A stretch of DNA of 64,000 nt from an uncultured cyanobacterium (GCA_963793425.1 CAWCAG010000009.1:704001-768000); one strand, 5' to 3'; positions 47,383-59,002 are shown, numbered from the stretch's first letter. The notes: generated from the letters alone by a model not told the origin. Program-made: numbers and translations.

Positions 47383-48393
47383 TTAAAAAATAAATATTTT
47401 ATCTAAAGTATCTTTCTGCAAACCGATCACCGTAGGTTGGGAAAAACCAGGTAATAGTTGCAAATCAAACAACTCAGTACAACCAGAATCAAACTTAAGA
47501 AAACCAACAGTTTTACCTGTGTAAATATCTATCACCACCACAGCACATTGCAACTCTTTCTCCCTTTCTTGCAGAGGCAAACCACCAAAGACTTTTTTCT
47601 CCCTAACTTGCGACAAACCAACAAAACCATAACGTCCGTAAAAAGCTAAGCCTCTGGTAAATCCCGGTAACTCCGCCACAATAGTACTTTGCCCTGTATA
47701 AAGATCCACCCTTACCAAATGCCCATAACCGGAATCTAACAACCACAAACCACCATCATAAAACCGTGGAGAATGGGGCATGGCGAAACCCCGCGCCACA
47801 ATTTCTCCACTGGGTATATCAATTAAACAACCTCCTCCTACCTTACCTTCTCGCCAGCCCCCAGGAGTATCTGTATCCCCTAAAGCTGTCACTAACCTTG
47901 GTTTCCCCCCTAAAAGTGCCAAACCATTGAGATGACAGCGATCTTCTGCTTTCAAACTACTAATAAACTGCGGTTTCCACTGAGGTACAAAATTAAACTC
48001 TGGACTCAAGGTACACAAACAAGAAAAGCGAGTATTGACAATCCATAATTCCTCCTCAACCCAAGCTATTTCGTGTATACGAATATCTCCCGTCACATGA
48101 CAATGGCGAGGTACAAAACAAGCATCGTATTTTCGCTCTGATTCAACTTGATGGGCAATTCCTGGTACATTAGGTAGAAACCAAACTTGTTTGCGAGTTC
48201 CTATAGCTAGTCGGTGAGGTTGTAAAGCTAATCCCATAACCTTCTGAAAGCTACGTAGCAAAGTAACTAACTGACCAGCTTTTGACCTTACTATCATTAG
48301 CTTTCCAGCTTGGTAAGTGGAAACAAACAAAGCAAGGTTTAACTTTGCCAAAATTTCAGGAAAACTACCAGAGTGAACATAGCTAATCTTCAT
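47383..48393 (-). CDS. TIGR03032 / DUF4915 family protein
   Basis: STYQAGKL, VNTRFSCLCT, EDRCHLNGLA, MPHSPR and PGFTRGL motifs. Confidence 0.85.
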   Translation of the reverse strand: MKISYVHSGSFPEILAKLNLALFVSTYQAGKLMIVRSKAGQLVTLLRSFQKVMGLALQPHRLAIGTRKQVWFLPNVPGIAHQVESERKYDACFVPRHCHVTGDIRIHEIAWVEEELWIVNTRFSCLCTLSPEFNFVPQWKPQFISSLKAEDRCHLNGLALLGGKPRLVTALGDTDTPGGWREGKVGGGCLIDIPSGEIVARGFAMPHSPRFYDGGLWLLDSGYGHLVRVDLYTGQSTIVAELPGFTRGLAFYGRYGFVGLSQVREKKVFGGLPLQEREKELQCAVVVIDIYTGKTVGFLKFDSGCTELFDLQLLPGFSQPTVIGLQKDTLDKIFIF

Positions 48394-48550
48394 TATTGGT
48401 CATTGGTTAATAATTATTGGTAACTGATAAAACTGTCCCAGGAGGTAGGGGCAAAATTATTTTATTCGTATATGCTTATAAATACGGATATATTATCTCT
48501 AAAAGCAAAAACTATTACTTTTTTTTGATTAATTTAGGAACTAATTAGCC

Positions 48551-48805
48551 ATGCAAGCCGATGAATCCTTGTCTGAATTTGAGCAACCGAAAGATTATAT
48601 TCCTATAGAAGAACACTCTGCTTTGCAGTTTGCTGAAAGGGAAGCAAAAGTCTCTGAAGCTATTCAACCTTCCCAAGAAGGGCGAGTTAAATTTCAAGGT
48701 AGTGAGTGGTCTGCAAAATCCTTAACAAACGTCACTTTACTTCCTGGTAGAATAGTTAAGGTTATTGGCGTTCAAAGTAACACTTTAGTTGTAGGACCGC
48801 AATAG
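48551..48805 (+). CDS. Stand-alone NfeD-like OB-fold protein
   Basis: GRVKFQGSEWSA..VKVIG..NTLVV. Confidence 0.8.
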   Translation: MQADESLSEFEQPKDYIPIEEHSALQFAEREAKVSEAIQPSQEGRVKFQGSEWSAKSLTNVTLLPGRIVKVIGVQSNTLVVGPQ

Positions 48806-48891
48806 AATAACTCGTACTTAGGGGATTTTAGCTAGCTTTGCTCTATAATTTGTCCATAGCTGCATAAATACTTAATCCCCACCTCCCCAAA

Positions 48892-50336
48892 ATGAGTTTC
48901 TTTGACAAACTGAACAAGGCGATCGCACTTCATCAAACTTTACTGGTTGCGGCACTCGATCCTAACCCAGAAATGATGCCTCAGCCTCAAGCTAGTCGAA
49001 GCGACTCAGATCAACTACTGGGGAACTTAAGAGAATGGCTGCTAGCTATTATCGCTGCCACCTCAAGCCACGTCTGTGCCTACAAACCTACCCTCGGTTT
49101 TTATACAGCTTTAGGCTTAGAAGGATGGGAACTACTCAGGGAAGTTCTCAAGGCTATTCCTGACCATCTGCCAATTATTTTAGATGCGAAACACGGTGAT
49201 CTCAACACCAGCACTATTTTTGCCCGAACTATCTTTCAAGAATGGCAAGTAGATGCTATCACCATTACCCCTTACGCAGGACAAGATAATGCTGCCCCTT
49301 TTTTGTTATACCCTGATAAAGCTGTATTTGTGCTTTGCCATACTTCCAACCCTGGCGCTGTTTCCCTACAAAAATATAGCCCTGACGAGAATCCTTTTTA
49401 CTTGCGAGTAGTAGAAGAAGTAAAAGCTTGGGGAACTCAAGAACAGTTATGCTTAGAAGTTGGTTCCCCTCTGCCCGATGTCTTTGCTAAAATTCGCTCC
49501 CTTGCCCCAGAAAGAATTATTTTAGCACGTAGTATTTGGCCGAAGAAGCGAAGTTAAGTCAAATTTTAAGGGCTGGATTAAATGAAAATGGTGAAGGATT
49601 ATTAATTCCTCTACCTCAAGATTTATTAGCACAAGAAAATCTCGCTGAAGAAGTTGAATCTCTCAAAGCAGAAGTAAATAAAATTAGGCAAGAAGTTGTT
49701 CAAGAAGCTTCTCGTTGCGAACTTTGGATGCCCGATGTTTGTTTATTAAATCAGCATCCATATCAAGATTTAGTCTTGCAGTTATATGATCTCGGTTGTA
49801 TTCTTTTTGGAGATTATGTACAAGCTTCAGGAGAGACTTTTTCCTATTATATAGACCTGCGTAAAATTATTTCTAAACCTCAAATCTTCCAGCAAGTTCT
49901 TAATGCCTACGCAGATATTCTTAAGAACTTAAACTTTGACCGCATCGCTGGCATTCCCTACGGCTCTTTACCCACAGCAACTGGTTTATCTCTACATCTC
50001 AACTACCCAATGATTTTCCCTCGCAAAGAAGTTAAGGTACACGGTACAAGGAGATTAATTGAAGGTAACTTTCAACCAGGAGAAACTATCGTAGTTGTAG
50101 ATGATATTTTAATCAGTGGTAAAAGTGCTATGGAAGGAGCAGATAAACTTAAATCAGGAGGATTAATTGTTAATGATATTGTCGTGTTTCTTGACCATAA
50201 AGCAGGAGTTAAAGAGCGACTCAAACAAAAAGGTTATCATGCCCATTCTGTTTTATCCATTTCTGATATTACCTCAACTCTTTATGAAGCTGGAAAAATT
50301 AGTGAGGAACAGTTTGGCCGTTTTGCTGAGAATTAA
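48892..50336 (+). CDS. pyrF/pyrE: Bifunctional OMP decarboxylase / orotate phosphoribosyltransferase, split by a 1-nt frameshift near 49538
   Basis: LDPNPE, AYKPT and LDAKHGD (PyrF); YYIDLR and VVVDDILISG (PyrE). One added G at TGG(G)CC joins the two ORFs. Confidence 0.85.
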
Positions 50337-50365
50337 TTAGGTATTAGTTGAATTGCTAAGAATTT

Positions 50366-51259
50366 TTAAAAAGTGTTGTTCGGCTTTTCTAAATAAGCCC
50401 GGATCATCCCTTGAGTACCTTGTTCTTTGCCCTTACCTCCATCTAGTCTCTCAACTATTTTAAATAAACGTTCCGCAATTTCTACCCCTGGTAAACCTTG
50501 CCTAGGGGTAGACTCTTTTACCAGCCGCAAATCTTTGAGCATATGTGCGATCGCAAAACCAGGTTGATAATCTTGCTGGATAATTTTCTCCCCTAAATTA
50601 GCAAGGGCCCAGGAACCAGCAGCCCCAGTACTACAAACTTCTATAATTAAATTAGGGTCAATACCCAATTCCTTTGCCAGTTGCATTGCTTCACACAAAG
50701 CAACCATATGAACAGCACCAAGGACTTGATTGCACATTTTAACAGCTTGACCGCTACCTACTGGTCCACAGAGGCAAATATTTTTACCCATAGCAGCAAA
50801 AAAGGGTTGGCATCGAGCAAAATCTTCTTCTTCTCCCCCTACCATAATCGTCAGACTTCCCTGCTTTGCCCCCACATCTCCCCCAGAAACAGGCGCATCA
50901 AGAAAGGACATTTCCCTTTCCTCTAAAGCTGCACCAATTCTCTTTGCAGCCTCCGTACCAATGGTACTCATATCCACCACTAATGTACCAGAATCAGCAA
51001 ATTCAGCAACTCCTCCCTTGCCCAGAATAACTTCCTCAACATCCGGTACATCTCCCACACAGACAAAGACGATTTTCGCTTCCGCGACTGCCTCTTCCAA
51101 GGCAGCAACCACCTCAACACCATCATCCGTAGCAACGTCAACTCCAGGGCGATTAGGAGTACGATTCCAACCTTTAACCTGATAACCTTCCTTAGCTAAA
51201 TTAGCAGCCATATAGCCGCCCATAACTCCCAATCCTAAAAAGGCAATTTTATCTACCAT
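50366..51259 (-). CDS. NAD(P)-dependent beta-hydroxyacid dehydrogenase (3-hydroxyisobutyrate / tartronate semialdehyde reductase family)
   Basis: GLGVMG, DAPVSGG and GQAVKMCNQ motifs. Confidence 0.92.
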   Translation of the reverse strand: MVDKIAFLGLGVMGGYMAANLAKEGYQVKGWNRTPNRPGVDVATDDGVEVVAALEEAVAEAKIVFVCVGDVPDVEEVILGKGGVAEFADSGTLVVDMSTIGTEAAKRIGAALEEREMSFLDAPVSGGDVGAKQGSLTIMVGGEEEDFARCQPFFAAMGKNICLCGPVGSGQAVKMCNQVLGAVHMVALCEAMQLAKELGIDPNLIIEVCSTGAAGSWALANLGEKIIQQDYQPGFAIAHMLKDLRLVKESTPRQGLPGVEIAERLFKIVERLDGGKGKEQGTQGMIRAYLEKPNNTF

Positions 51260-51327
51260 TTACCAAATTTGTGCAGAAAAGTTTATTCTCAAACTAAACA
51301 AAGTGATCACTGTTCATTGTTCATTGA

Positions 51328-51894
51328 TTAAAATCTAAGCCCCACACCACCTTGTATAGAAATAGCCGTACCGCCACCGTTGCGATAGGCATCAAAAGCG
51401 ATTACAGCATTGCCAAATACCACTGTATTACTATTGGGAATAACATAATCAACACCGGGTTGCAGGGCAAAGCTCGTTTGATCTCCCACAGGAGAAGGAT
51501 CGCCGCCATTAGCGAAAGAAACCCCTGCTCCTAAATAAGCATCGGTTTGCCAGTTAATAGGAATATCGTAGGAAACTGTTGGTACAACGGCAACCCCTTC
51601 ACCAATTAAAGCTTGGGTGCGTAGGGAAATTGGCACTTCTAGTAGCTTGTAGCGTACAGCTATTACTCCACCAACTTGTCTCCCTTCAGATCCTCCCTCG
51701 CCATCACTAGCTTCCGTTAAACCGAAAGTTGGACCGACACCAACATAACTTCCATAGGCAGCTTGAGCAGTAGCAGGCTTACTATTAAAGCCTAGAATAG
51801 CAGCAACAGTAGCTAGGCTACCCCCTATAAATCCGGTTAATTTAACTAAATCTAGCCATAAATAGTCCACTACCCAATCCTCCTTAAAGAACAA
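51328..51894 (-). CDS. Small outer-membrane beta-barrel protein
   Basis: Signal peptide, SYVGVG, alternating beta strands and C-terminal GVGLRF; true start probably downstream of 51894. Confidence 0.75.
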   Translation of the reverse strand: MFFKEDWVVDYLWLDLVKLTGFIGGSLATVAAILGFNSKPATAQAAYGSYVGVGPTFGLTEASDGEGGSEGRQVGGVIAVRYKLLEVPISLRTQALIGEGVAVVPTVSYDIPINWQTDAYLGAGVSFANGGDPSPVGDQTSFALQPGVDYVIPNSNTVVFGNAVIAFDAYRNGGGTAISIQGGVGLRF

Positions 51895-51939
51895 ACTCTG
51901 AGCGCCATCGCCCTCATCTTAACTTGGAAATATTCTAAT

Positions 51940-54900
51940 TTAGTTTATCTTGCTTTTTGCTGGCAACCATTCTCCAAACATCTGATTAATTTGTTCGAGT
52001 AACTTGCTTGTGGGTTGAGAGCGACCCCGAATAATTTTTGTTGCTATATTTTCAAGAAAGGATTCTAGTTGTGAATCTACTGATTTAGTATTCTGTTTTT
52101 GACAGCGACAGTCTAAAAGTAGAATTTGAGGCTTGATCTCCTTAGCCGCTAATCTCTTTAATCCTGCTACTAAACCAGGGCTAACTGTAACATTTCCTAA
52201 ATAAAGGAGGAGTAGGCTAATACTTTGGTGTTCTATTTGACTTTCTACTTCTGTCCAAGAATGAGAAAGAGAAGTTTTTAACCCTGCAGTTTGTAGATAA
52301 TGGGTTAGTGCTTGCAACCATTCTCCCCCACTACTCCCTAAACCAGAAAGTTCTAAATTAAGATGTTCTGCTGAACTTTCTTTACCCCACTCTCCAAACA
52401 CCAAAATATTCTGTTGAGGATTCATCCCCGCTGCTACTTGAATAACTTGAATTAAAGCAGGAATACTTCTCTCTTGGGAAGGAACCAAACAGGGAAATAC
52501 TGATAAACCAAGAATTTGGTTAGCTGCGTGGGTATTCTTATGGTCTAGAGTAACCAGAGGAAGGGAAGCTATGTAGCTATACTGGCTAAGACTTTGCAAG
52601 TAAGTATAGGGGTTTTCCAATTCTAAACTATCTAGGAGCATCACATCAGGCTTCCAGACACGGGCAATTATTTCTGCTTGTTCAAGGTCGTCAGCTTCTA
52701 GGATACGATAATTGAGGTGGGATGAATAACGACTCAAAGCCACTTCAAAGCTGGAGTTAACCCAATCTTCTTGATGAGGATTAGGGTTGAGTCGCAAAAT
52801 AGTTAAGCCTTTCAAGTCTAAGTTAGGAAGTTCTCCTAAACGGGCTAGACTCTTTTTCAAAGTTTGTCTGGATATGGGAAGACTCAAAAAACCGTCAGCA
52901 TTATTTTGTTCTGCTCGTTTTTTGTCTGCCCTAGTTGCTGTGACTAAAACTGGAATATCTTTAGTTTGACGATCTGCTTTAAGTAAGGTTAAAACATCCC
53001 AGCCAGATAGTAAAGGTAGCAAAGGATTAAGCAAAATAGCTCTGGGTTGTAGTTGCCGAGCTTTTTCTAGGGCTTCTGTTCCTGAACGGGCAATAACTAC
53101 GCGATAACCAAGATTTCTAAGTTGCTCTGTGGAGTCTTCGATGTATTTAGGAACTGCTTCTATGACTAGTACTAAACGATTATGATTTGTATCAAGGAAG
53201 TCTTGTTCTCTGTTTTGCTCAAAGTCATTGAAAGGAGGTGTGGGGGGCAATAACAAGGTGAATTGGCTCCCTTCTCCAGGTTGGGAGGTAAAGGAAATGT
53301 CTCCTCCATGGGCGTGTGCTAGGCGCTGGGTAAGAACTAATCCTAAGCCAGTACCTTCAAACTGTCGGCTGAGGGGATTTTCTAATTGTTGGAATTTTTG
53401 GAAAATTAAATGTTGAGAATCAGCGGGAATACCAATACCTGTATCCCAAACAGTAAAGGCAATCCAACCTTCCCAAAGACTGACTTTTAAACCGAATTCT
53501 CCCCCATTTTGTGTAAACTTGAGAGCATTGTCTAATAAATGGCTTAACATCTGACGCAGACGTAATTCATCAGCAACAATCATCTCTAATCCTGGGTCAA
53601 TTTCTAGGTTGAATTGAGCTTGCGGGCGAGGGAAATCTCCTGGGGGATTTTCAGTAGATTGTTGTGGTAAAGCTTGTTGATAAGCTCGTTCACAAACGGT
53701 TCTAATTTTGACAGCATCAGGATTTAATTTTAACTGTCCTGTTTCTAGGCGAGTTAAATCTAGGATATCGTTAACTAAGGTCATCAAATGGCGACCACTT
53801 TGGTAAACTAATCCTGCATAGCGAGCTTGACGTTGATTCAATTCTCCTAAGCGTTGCTCTTTGAGCAGACTAGACAGCCCAACTACAGCAGTGAGGGGAG
53901 ATTTCAGTTCATGGCTGATACAGGCTAAAAATTCATCTTTTAAACGATTGAGCTGAATTAAATCAGCATTCTTAGCAGCTAGTTCTTTACATAGTTGTTG
54001 CTGTTCGGTTACATCAGTAGCAACAACTAACCACAGAGGGCGGTTATATTTGCTGTTGGATGGAGCATGATAACTCTGTTTAAGATCGTGAAGGTAAAAA
54101 GGGAGACGCTCAAACTGCCAAGCTCCTTCGGCTTTAGTTTTGGTTTGTCTGGAATGAGGAGATGAATTTTCCCAATTGTGGAAACGATCTTGTCTTTGGA
54201 AGTCTCTTTCTTCTAATCTCTGTTCGTTAGCAATTTGAAAAGCGATTTGGGAAGGAGTATTTTGCTGTTCTAAAGAAGCTTCTCGATTTTGAGCTAAGCT
54301 ACACCAGCGATTGACTGCTGTTCCTACAGTTAATGGACTACGGCTATCTGGGGATGGAGCCGAAATAGCACTCAGACTAGCCATTGGCTTCAGCAATTCT
54401 TCATCATGCTGTTCACCAATTTGCGATCGCCAAGTATAATTTTGACAGAGGACTTCCCCTTCAGAGCTTTCTAACATTAAAGGAAGAGGTAGTTGTTCTA
54501 GTAGTTGGATTGCTTGGGTTAAATTAATTGGTTTTGAGGTAGAGGTTTCTGAGTTAGTAGCAGCTAGGGGTAATAAAGATTTAACTAGCAGCCAACTATC
54601 TAAAAAACCCAAAAATCGCTCCTCTTCATCTACTACAGCGTAGTTCTGATCCTCCCTTAAGCTATCTTGATTAGTTTGCAAATATAACCAAAATTCCTTA
54701 ATACTCGTCTGTGCTTTGAGAATAGTTGTTGGCTCAATCAAAGAGTTGATTGATGATTCACAAAGGTTAAATATCTTTTGCGAGTTTAGGTTTTGAGGTA
54801 AAAGTTGTTTGAGTAGATAAGGAATTAAACTATTTAGCTGTAAGGTTCCTAAGAGGGATTGCTGTTGATCAACAACTGCGACTATTTGAGATTGAGAATT

Positions 54901-54996
54901 GCTAAATATAGTCAGCAACTGTTCCAAACTTGCTGAGTGATCGCATTTAGGAACTTGCTTGATGAATTGCTTGAGAGTGAGATTAGGGCTAAACAT
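51940..54996 (-). CDS. Hybrid sensor histidine kinase / response regulator with CBS-like N-terminus, divergent from kaiA
   Basis: SHELKSPL, NALKFT, DTGIGI and GTGLGL motifs; degenerate receiver domains. Confidence 0.9.
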   Translation of the reverse strand: MFSPNLTLKQFIKQVPKCDHSASLEQLLTIFSNSQSQIVAVVDQQQSLLGTLQLNSLIPYLLKQLLPQNLNSQKIFNLCESSINSLIEPTTILKAQTSIKEFWLYLQTNQDSLREDQNYAVVDEEERFLGFLDSWLLVKSLLPLAATNSETSTSKPINLTQAIQLLEQLPLPLMLESSEGEVLCQNYTWRSQIGEQHDEELLKPMASLSAISAPSPDSRSPLTVGTAVNRWCSLAQNREASLEQQNTPSQIAFQIANEQRLEERDFQRQDRFHNWENSSPHSRQTKTKAEGAWQFERLPFYLHDLKQSYHAPSNSKYNRPLWLVVATDVTEQQQLCKELAAKNADLIQLNRLKDEFLACISHELKSPLTAVVGLSSLLKEQRLGELNQRQARYAGLVYQSGRHLMTLVNDILDLTRLETGQLKLNPDAVKIRTVCERAYQQALPQQSTENPPGDFPRPQAQFNLEIDPGLEMIVADELRLRQMLSHLLDNALKFTQNGGEFGLKVSLWEGWIAFTVWDTGIGIPADSQHLIFQKFQQLENPLSRQFEGTGLGLVLTQRLAHAHGGDISFTSQPGEGSQFTLLLPPTPPFNDFEQNREQDFLDTNHNRLVLVIEAVPKYIEDSTEQLRNLGYRVVIARSGTEALEKARQLQPRAILLNPLLPLLSGWDVLTLLKADRQTKDIPVLVTATRADKKRAEQNNADGFLSLPISRQTLKKSLARLGELPNLDLKGLTILRLNPNPHQEDWVNSSFEVALSRYSSHLNYRILEADDLEQAEIIARVWKPDVMLLDSLELENPYTYLQSLSQYSYIASLPLVTLDHKNTHAANQILGLSVFPCLVPSQERSIPALIQVIQVAAGMNPQQNILVFGEWGKESSAEHLNLELSGLGSSGGEWLQALTHYLQTAGLKTSLSHSWTEVESQIEHQSISLLLLYLGNVTVSPGLVAGLKRLAAKEIKPQILLLDCRCQKQNTKSVDSQLESFLENIATKIIRGRSQPTSKLLEQINQMFGEWLPAKSKIN

Positions 54997-55345
54997 AAAA
55001 AATTCACTTAAAGAAGAGACATAATCTAGCTAGGAGTAGAGAATTCCCTTCGGTTCAGAGAGTATTGAAACCTTTAAAAAAGTTAATTATTCCGCCTCAA
55101 CGCTACAGAGGCTAGTTTAAAGACAAGAATGAGTATATTTACTTTGAGTAAGAAGTATAGATATGGATCATACCCGTCTAAATTATTGCTTTAAAGAGAG
55201 GTCAAAGGGAACAAAGCTTACAATAAATTAAAATTCTTGCGATCTATCAATAAAAGTTAGTTTTTTATTAACAAAATAAGTGTTAACTTCTTATTAATGT
55301 TAATTTTTTATTAAGGAATTGCTGTTTCAAGCTTAGCTATGAGAT

Positions 55346-56329
55346 ATGGCGGATCTAGAAATACCTATAAACTCTAATACCGATAATCCTATATTGTCAA
55401 AACTATCAATTTGCGCTTTAACCAAAAAGAAAGAATTAGTCTGCTCCCTAGAAAAATACTTACAGGATGAGTATTATAACTTAAATATTTTAGGTTCATC
55501 TCAAGACTTTTTCAAGTTTGTGGAGCCAAATCAAGAGCAAATTGATTGTTTGGTTTTGCATCAAGCACCACCCTTATTTTTACTAGAGGTAACGAGGAGA
55601 TTATGCGAACTAGGAATTTTTTTACCCGCAGTAATTATCAAGCCCAATGATTTATCAGAACAACACCAAAGCCACAACCTATCTCAAAAAGCTGCCGATA
55701 GCTATCCTTGCTACATAATCGATTATTATCATAGAGCCGAGGTTCAGCTACCTTTCAAGAAAGGGGATAAGATTGTTACGACTATTGAGCAGGCACTAAC
55801 TAGATTTATCAAACTTACCCCGAACAAAGCTTTACCTACTCAGTCTATTCCCTGGAAAAATATTCCCAGTAAAACCAGCCGCAAATCCCTTAAAGTCCAG
55901 CAGCAACGTTTAGCCGAAAAGTTAAAGGAAAGGTTAGGCTACTTAGGGGTATATTACAAAAGGAATCCTCAAGATTTCTTTTGTAATATACTTCCTAATC
56001 AGCAAGATGATTTATTGAAGAGCTTTTATTCTGAATACCGTCAAATTATTCTTAGCTATTTTAGCTCTGATGCTCAGCTAAACAAACTAATTGATAAATT
56101 TGTTAATAAAGTTTTCTTTGCTGACCTTTCTGTAGCCAAGATTGTCGAAATCCACATGGAAATAATGGATGAATTCTCACAACAGCTTAAGCTAGAAGGT
56201 CGTAGTGAGGATATTTTACTTGACTATCGCCTCACTTTGATTGATATTATTGCTCATCTTGGTGAAATGTATCGTCGTTCTATTCCGAGAGAAAATACTA
56301 GCTTGGAGCCTTTATCTTCAACAGATTAA
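55346..56329 (+). CDS. kaiA: Circadian clock protein KaiA
   Basis: KLKERLGYLGVYYKRNP and LDYRLTLIDIIAHLGEMYRRS motifs. Confidence 0.96.
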   Translation: MADLEIPINSNTDNPILSKLSICALTKKKELVCSLEKYLQDEYYNLNILGSSQDFFKFVEPNQEQIDCLVLHQAPPLFLLEVTRRLCELGIFLPAVIIKPNDLSEQHQSHNLSQKAADSYPCYIIDYYHRAEVQLPFKKGDKIVTTIEQALTRFIKLTPNKALPTQSIPWKNIPSKTSRKSLKVQQQRLAEKLKERLGYLGVYYKRNPQDFFCNILPNQQDDLLKSFYSEYRQIILSYFSSDAQLNKLIDKFVNKVFFADLSVAKIVEIHMEIMDEFSQQLKLEGRSEDILLDYRLTLIDIIAHLGEMYRRSIPRENTSLEPLSSTD

Positions 56330-56478
56330 TGGATAGATAAAGATGGGGCATCATTTAATTATTTGATCATTCAAATAGTAGAAATTTACAGTGCCTCTGC
56401 AAAGTTATTTACTTAAACAATGTTCTCTTAATCTTCACCAATGTCCTTTATGCAATTCCCTTAGCTGGATCTGATATT

Positions 56479-56787
56479 ATGAGTGCGTCCCAAAAAACCT
56501 ATGTTCTTAAACTCTATGTAGCTGGAAACACACCTAACTCAGTTAGGGCCTTAAAAACTCTCAAAAATATTCTTGAACAAGATTTTAAAGGAGTCTATGC
56601 TCTCAAAGTAATTGATGTCCTTAAAAATCCTCAACTTGCTGAAGAAGATAAAATACTTGCCACCCCTACTTTATCTAAAGTCTTGCCCCCACCTTTAAGA
56701 AAAATCATTGGTGATCTTTCTGACCGTGAAAAGGTTTTAATTGGTCTGGATCTTCTTTATGAAGAAATAAAAGAAAGAGATTTTTAA
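56479..56787 (+). CDS. kaiB: Circadian clock protein KaiB
   Basis: [14 protein letters not shown] and ILATPTL motifs. Confidence 0.98.
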   Translation: MSASQKTYVLKLYVAGNTPNSVRALKTLKNILEQDFKGVYALKVIDVLKNPQLAEEDKILATPTLSKVLPPPLRKIIGDLSDREKVLIGLDLLYEEIKERDF

Positions 56788-56886
56788 AGTCAAGCGATTC
56801 AAGCCATTTATTTTCTTAATAAAATCAAGTTATTAAACATCAATTCATTAAATTACGAATCATAGTTTAAGATTGTTATTTACAAA

Positions 56887-58446
56887 ATGAGTAATTCTAG
56901 TCAAGAGCAACCAAAAAAAGATTTAGCCTCTTTGGGTGTCCAAAAAATTCGGACAATGATTGAAGGCTTTGATGAAGTTAGTCATGGTGGCTTACCATTA
57001 GGTAGAACTACTTTGGTTAGTGGAACTTCGGGAACAGGAAAAACCCTTTTAGCTGCTCAATTTATTTATATTGGTATTAAGTATTTTGACGAGCCAGGAA
57101 TCTTCGTCACCTTTGAAGAATCTCCTAGAGATATTATTAAAAATGCCTATAGTTTTGGTTGGGATTTGCAAAAACTTGTTGATGCAGGCAAATTATTTAT
57201 TCTTGATGCTTCTCCTGATCCAGATGGGCAAGAAGTAGTTGGCAACTTCGATCTTTCTGCTTTAATAGAACGTATTCAATATGCAATTCGTAAGTATAAA
57301 GCTAAGCGAATTTCAATTGATTCAGTAACAGCAGTTTTTCAGCAATATGATGGTGCTTCTGTAGTCAGAAGAGAAATATTTCGCTTAGTAGCTAGACTTA
57401 AACAAATAGATATAACAAGTATTATGACTACTGAACGAGTAGATGAATATGGAGGAGTTGCTCGTTACGGAGTAGAAGAATTTGTTTCTGATAATGTTGT
57501 CATTATGCGTAACGTTTTAGAAGGAGAACGCCGTCGCAGAACTGTAGAAATCTTAAAGTTAAGGGGAACTACTCATATGAAAGGAGAGTACCCTTTTACT
57601 ATCACTAATAATGGCATTAATATCTTTCCTTTGGGTGCTATGCGCCTTACCCAAAGATCCTCTAATGTACGTCGCTCTTCCGGTATTAAAATCTTAGACG
57701 AAATGTGTGGCGGCGGCTTTTTCAAAGATTCAATTATTTTAGCTACTGGGGCAACAGGTACAGGCAAAACTCTATTAGTCAGTAAGTTTTTGCAAGAAGG
57801 TAGAGCCAAAGAAGAAAGGTGTATTTTATTTGCCTATGAAGAATCGCGGGCGCAACTTTCTCGCAATGCTTCTTCTTGGGGTGTAGATTTTGAGGAAATG
57901 GAAAATAAGGGTTTATTAAAACTCCTTTGTTGCTATCCAGAATCTGCTGGCTTAGAAGATCATTTGCAAACTATTAAGTCAGAAATTGCTAATTTTAAAC
58001 CTTCTCGCATTGCTATTGATTCTCTTTCTGCTCTAGCACGAGGAGTTAGTAATAATGCTTTTCGACAGTTTGTAATTGGAGTGACTGGCTATGCTAAACA
58101 AGAAGAAATAACCGGATTTTTTACTAATACCACAGACCGTTTTATGGGGTCAAATTCTATCACTGAGTCCCATATTTCTACAATTACAGATACGATTATT
58201 ATGTTGCAATATGTAGAAATCAGAGGGGAAATGTCTAGGGCAATAAACGTATTTAAAATGCGTGGTTCCTGGCATGATAAAGGCATTCGAGAATATACAA
58301 TTGACAAAGATGGACCACAAATCCAGGATTCTTTCCGTAACTACGAACGGATTATTAGCGGTTCTCCTAGTCGTATTACTGTTAACGAAAAGTCGCAATT
58401 GTCGAGAATAGTTAGGGGCGTTCAAGGTCAGAATTCAGAAGATTAA
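56887..58446 (+). CDS. kaiC: Circadian clock protein KaiC
   Basis: Two P-loops (GTSGTGKT, GATGTGKT) and the SHISTITD phosphosite region. Confidence 0.98.
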   Translation: MSNSSQEQPKKDLASLGVQKIRTMIEGFDEVSHGGLPLGRTTLVSGTSGTGKTLLAAQFIYIGIKYFDEPGIFVTFEESPRDIIKNAYSFGWDLQKLVDAGKLFILDASPDPDGQEVVGNFDLSALIERIQYAIRKYKAKRISIDSVTAVFQQYDGASVVRREIFRLVARLKQIDITSIMTTERVDEYGGVARYGVEEFVSDNVVIMRNVLEGERRRRTVEILKLRGTTHMKGEYPFTITNNGINIFPLGAMRLTQRSSNVRRSSGIKILDEMCGGGFFKDSIILATGATGTGKTLLVSKFLQEGRAKEERCILFAYEESRAQLSRNASSWGVDFEEMENKGLLKLLCCYPESAGLEDHLQTIKSEIANFKPSRIAIDSLSALARGVSNNAFRQFVIGVTGYAKQEEITGFFTNTTDRFMGSNSITESHISTITDTIIMLQYVEIRGEMSRAINVFKMRGSWHDKGIREYTIDKDGPQIQDSFRNYERIISGSPSRITVNEKSQLSRIVRGVQGQNSED

Positions 58447-58516
58447 AGCTCGAAAAAAAGTAACAACTAATTAGTCCAGAATTAAACTTATTACTTAATT
58501 ACCTATTACTTAACAT

Positions 58517-59002
58517 TTACTCTTCTTTTCTCGGAATTTTACGCTTTTTGTGACTCCAGCGCCGTAACATTTGAGCAACAGAACGCGCTTCACGTTCAGC
58601 CTTAAATATATCAAGATGACGAGATACTAAAACAAAGTGACCATTACTTTTTGGTTTAATAGTGGGGATTTGAGTATGAGAATATTCACAAATACTAACG
58701 CGCTTTCGTTTACTTTGATGGGGACTGAGATAATGATTAGACAAGTCAACGTAATCAGCGATCGCTTTTAAACGCAAAATAGCTTTTTCTAGTTCAGAAG
58801 ATAATAAATTAACTTGCTGTGCTTGACTTTTCAACTCTTTCAAGCTGAAGTCCAGTCGCTGTTTTGCCGTAGTACCTCTTTGTACTGCAAATTTTTCTAT
58901 GGGTAAAGACTGAATTACTTGAGAAGAAGACAGCCGAAAGGTCTTTGTTTCCTCCTTATTGAAGTCAAAAAGGTCGGGTTTCTGTGGACAGACTACTTTC
59001 AT
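58517..59002 (-). CDS. Hypothetical protein
   Basis: 161-aa ORF with coiled coil and DIFKAEREA motif. Confidence 0.65.
   Translation of the reverse strand: MKVVCPQKPDLFDFNKEETKTFRLSSSQVIQSLPIEKFAVQRGTTAKQRLDFSLKELKSQAQQVNLLSSELEKAILRLKAIADYVDLSNHYLSPHQSKRKRVSICEYSHTQIPTIKPKSNGHFVLVSRHLDIFKAEREARSVAQMLRRWSHKKRKIPRKEE

Noticed and set aside
55346..58446. kaiABC as a novel system
   Set aside because: Canonical, well-described clock locus.
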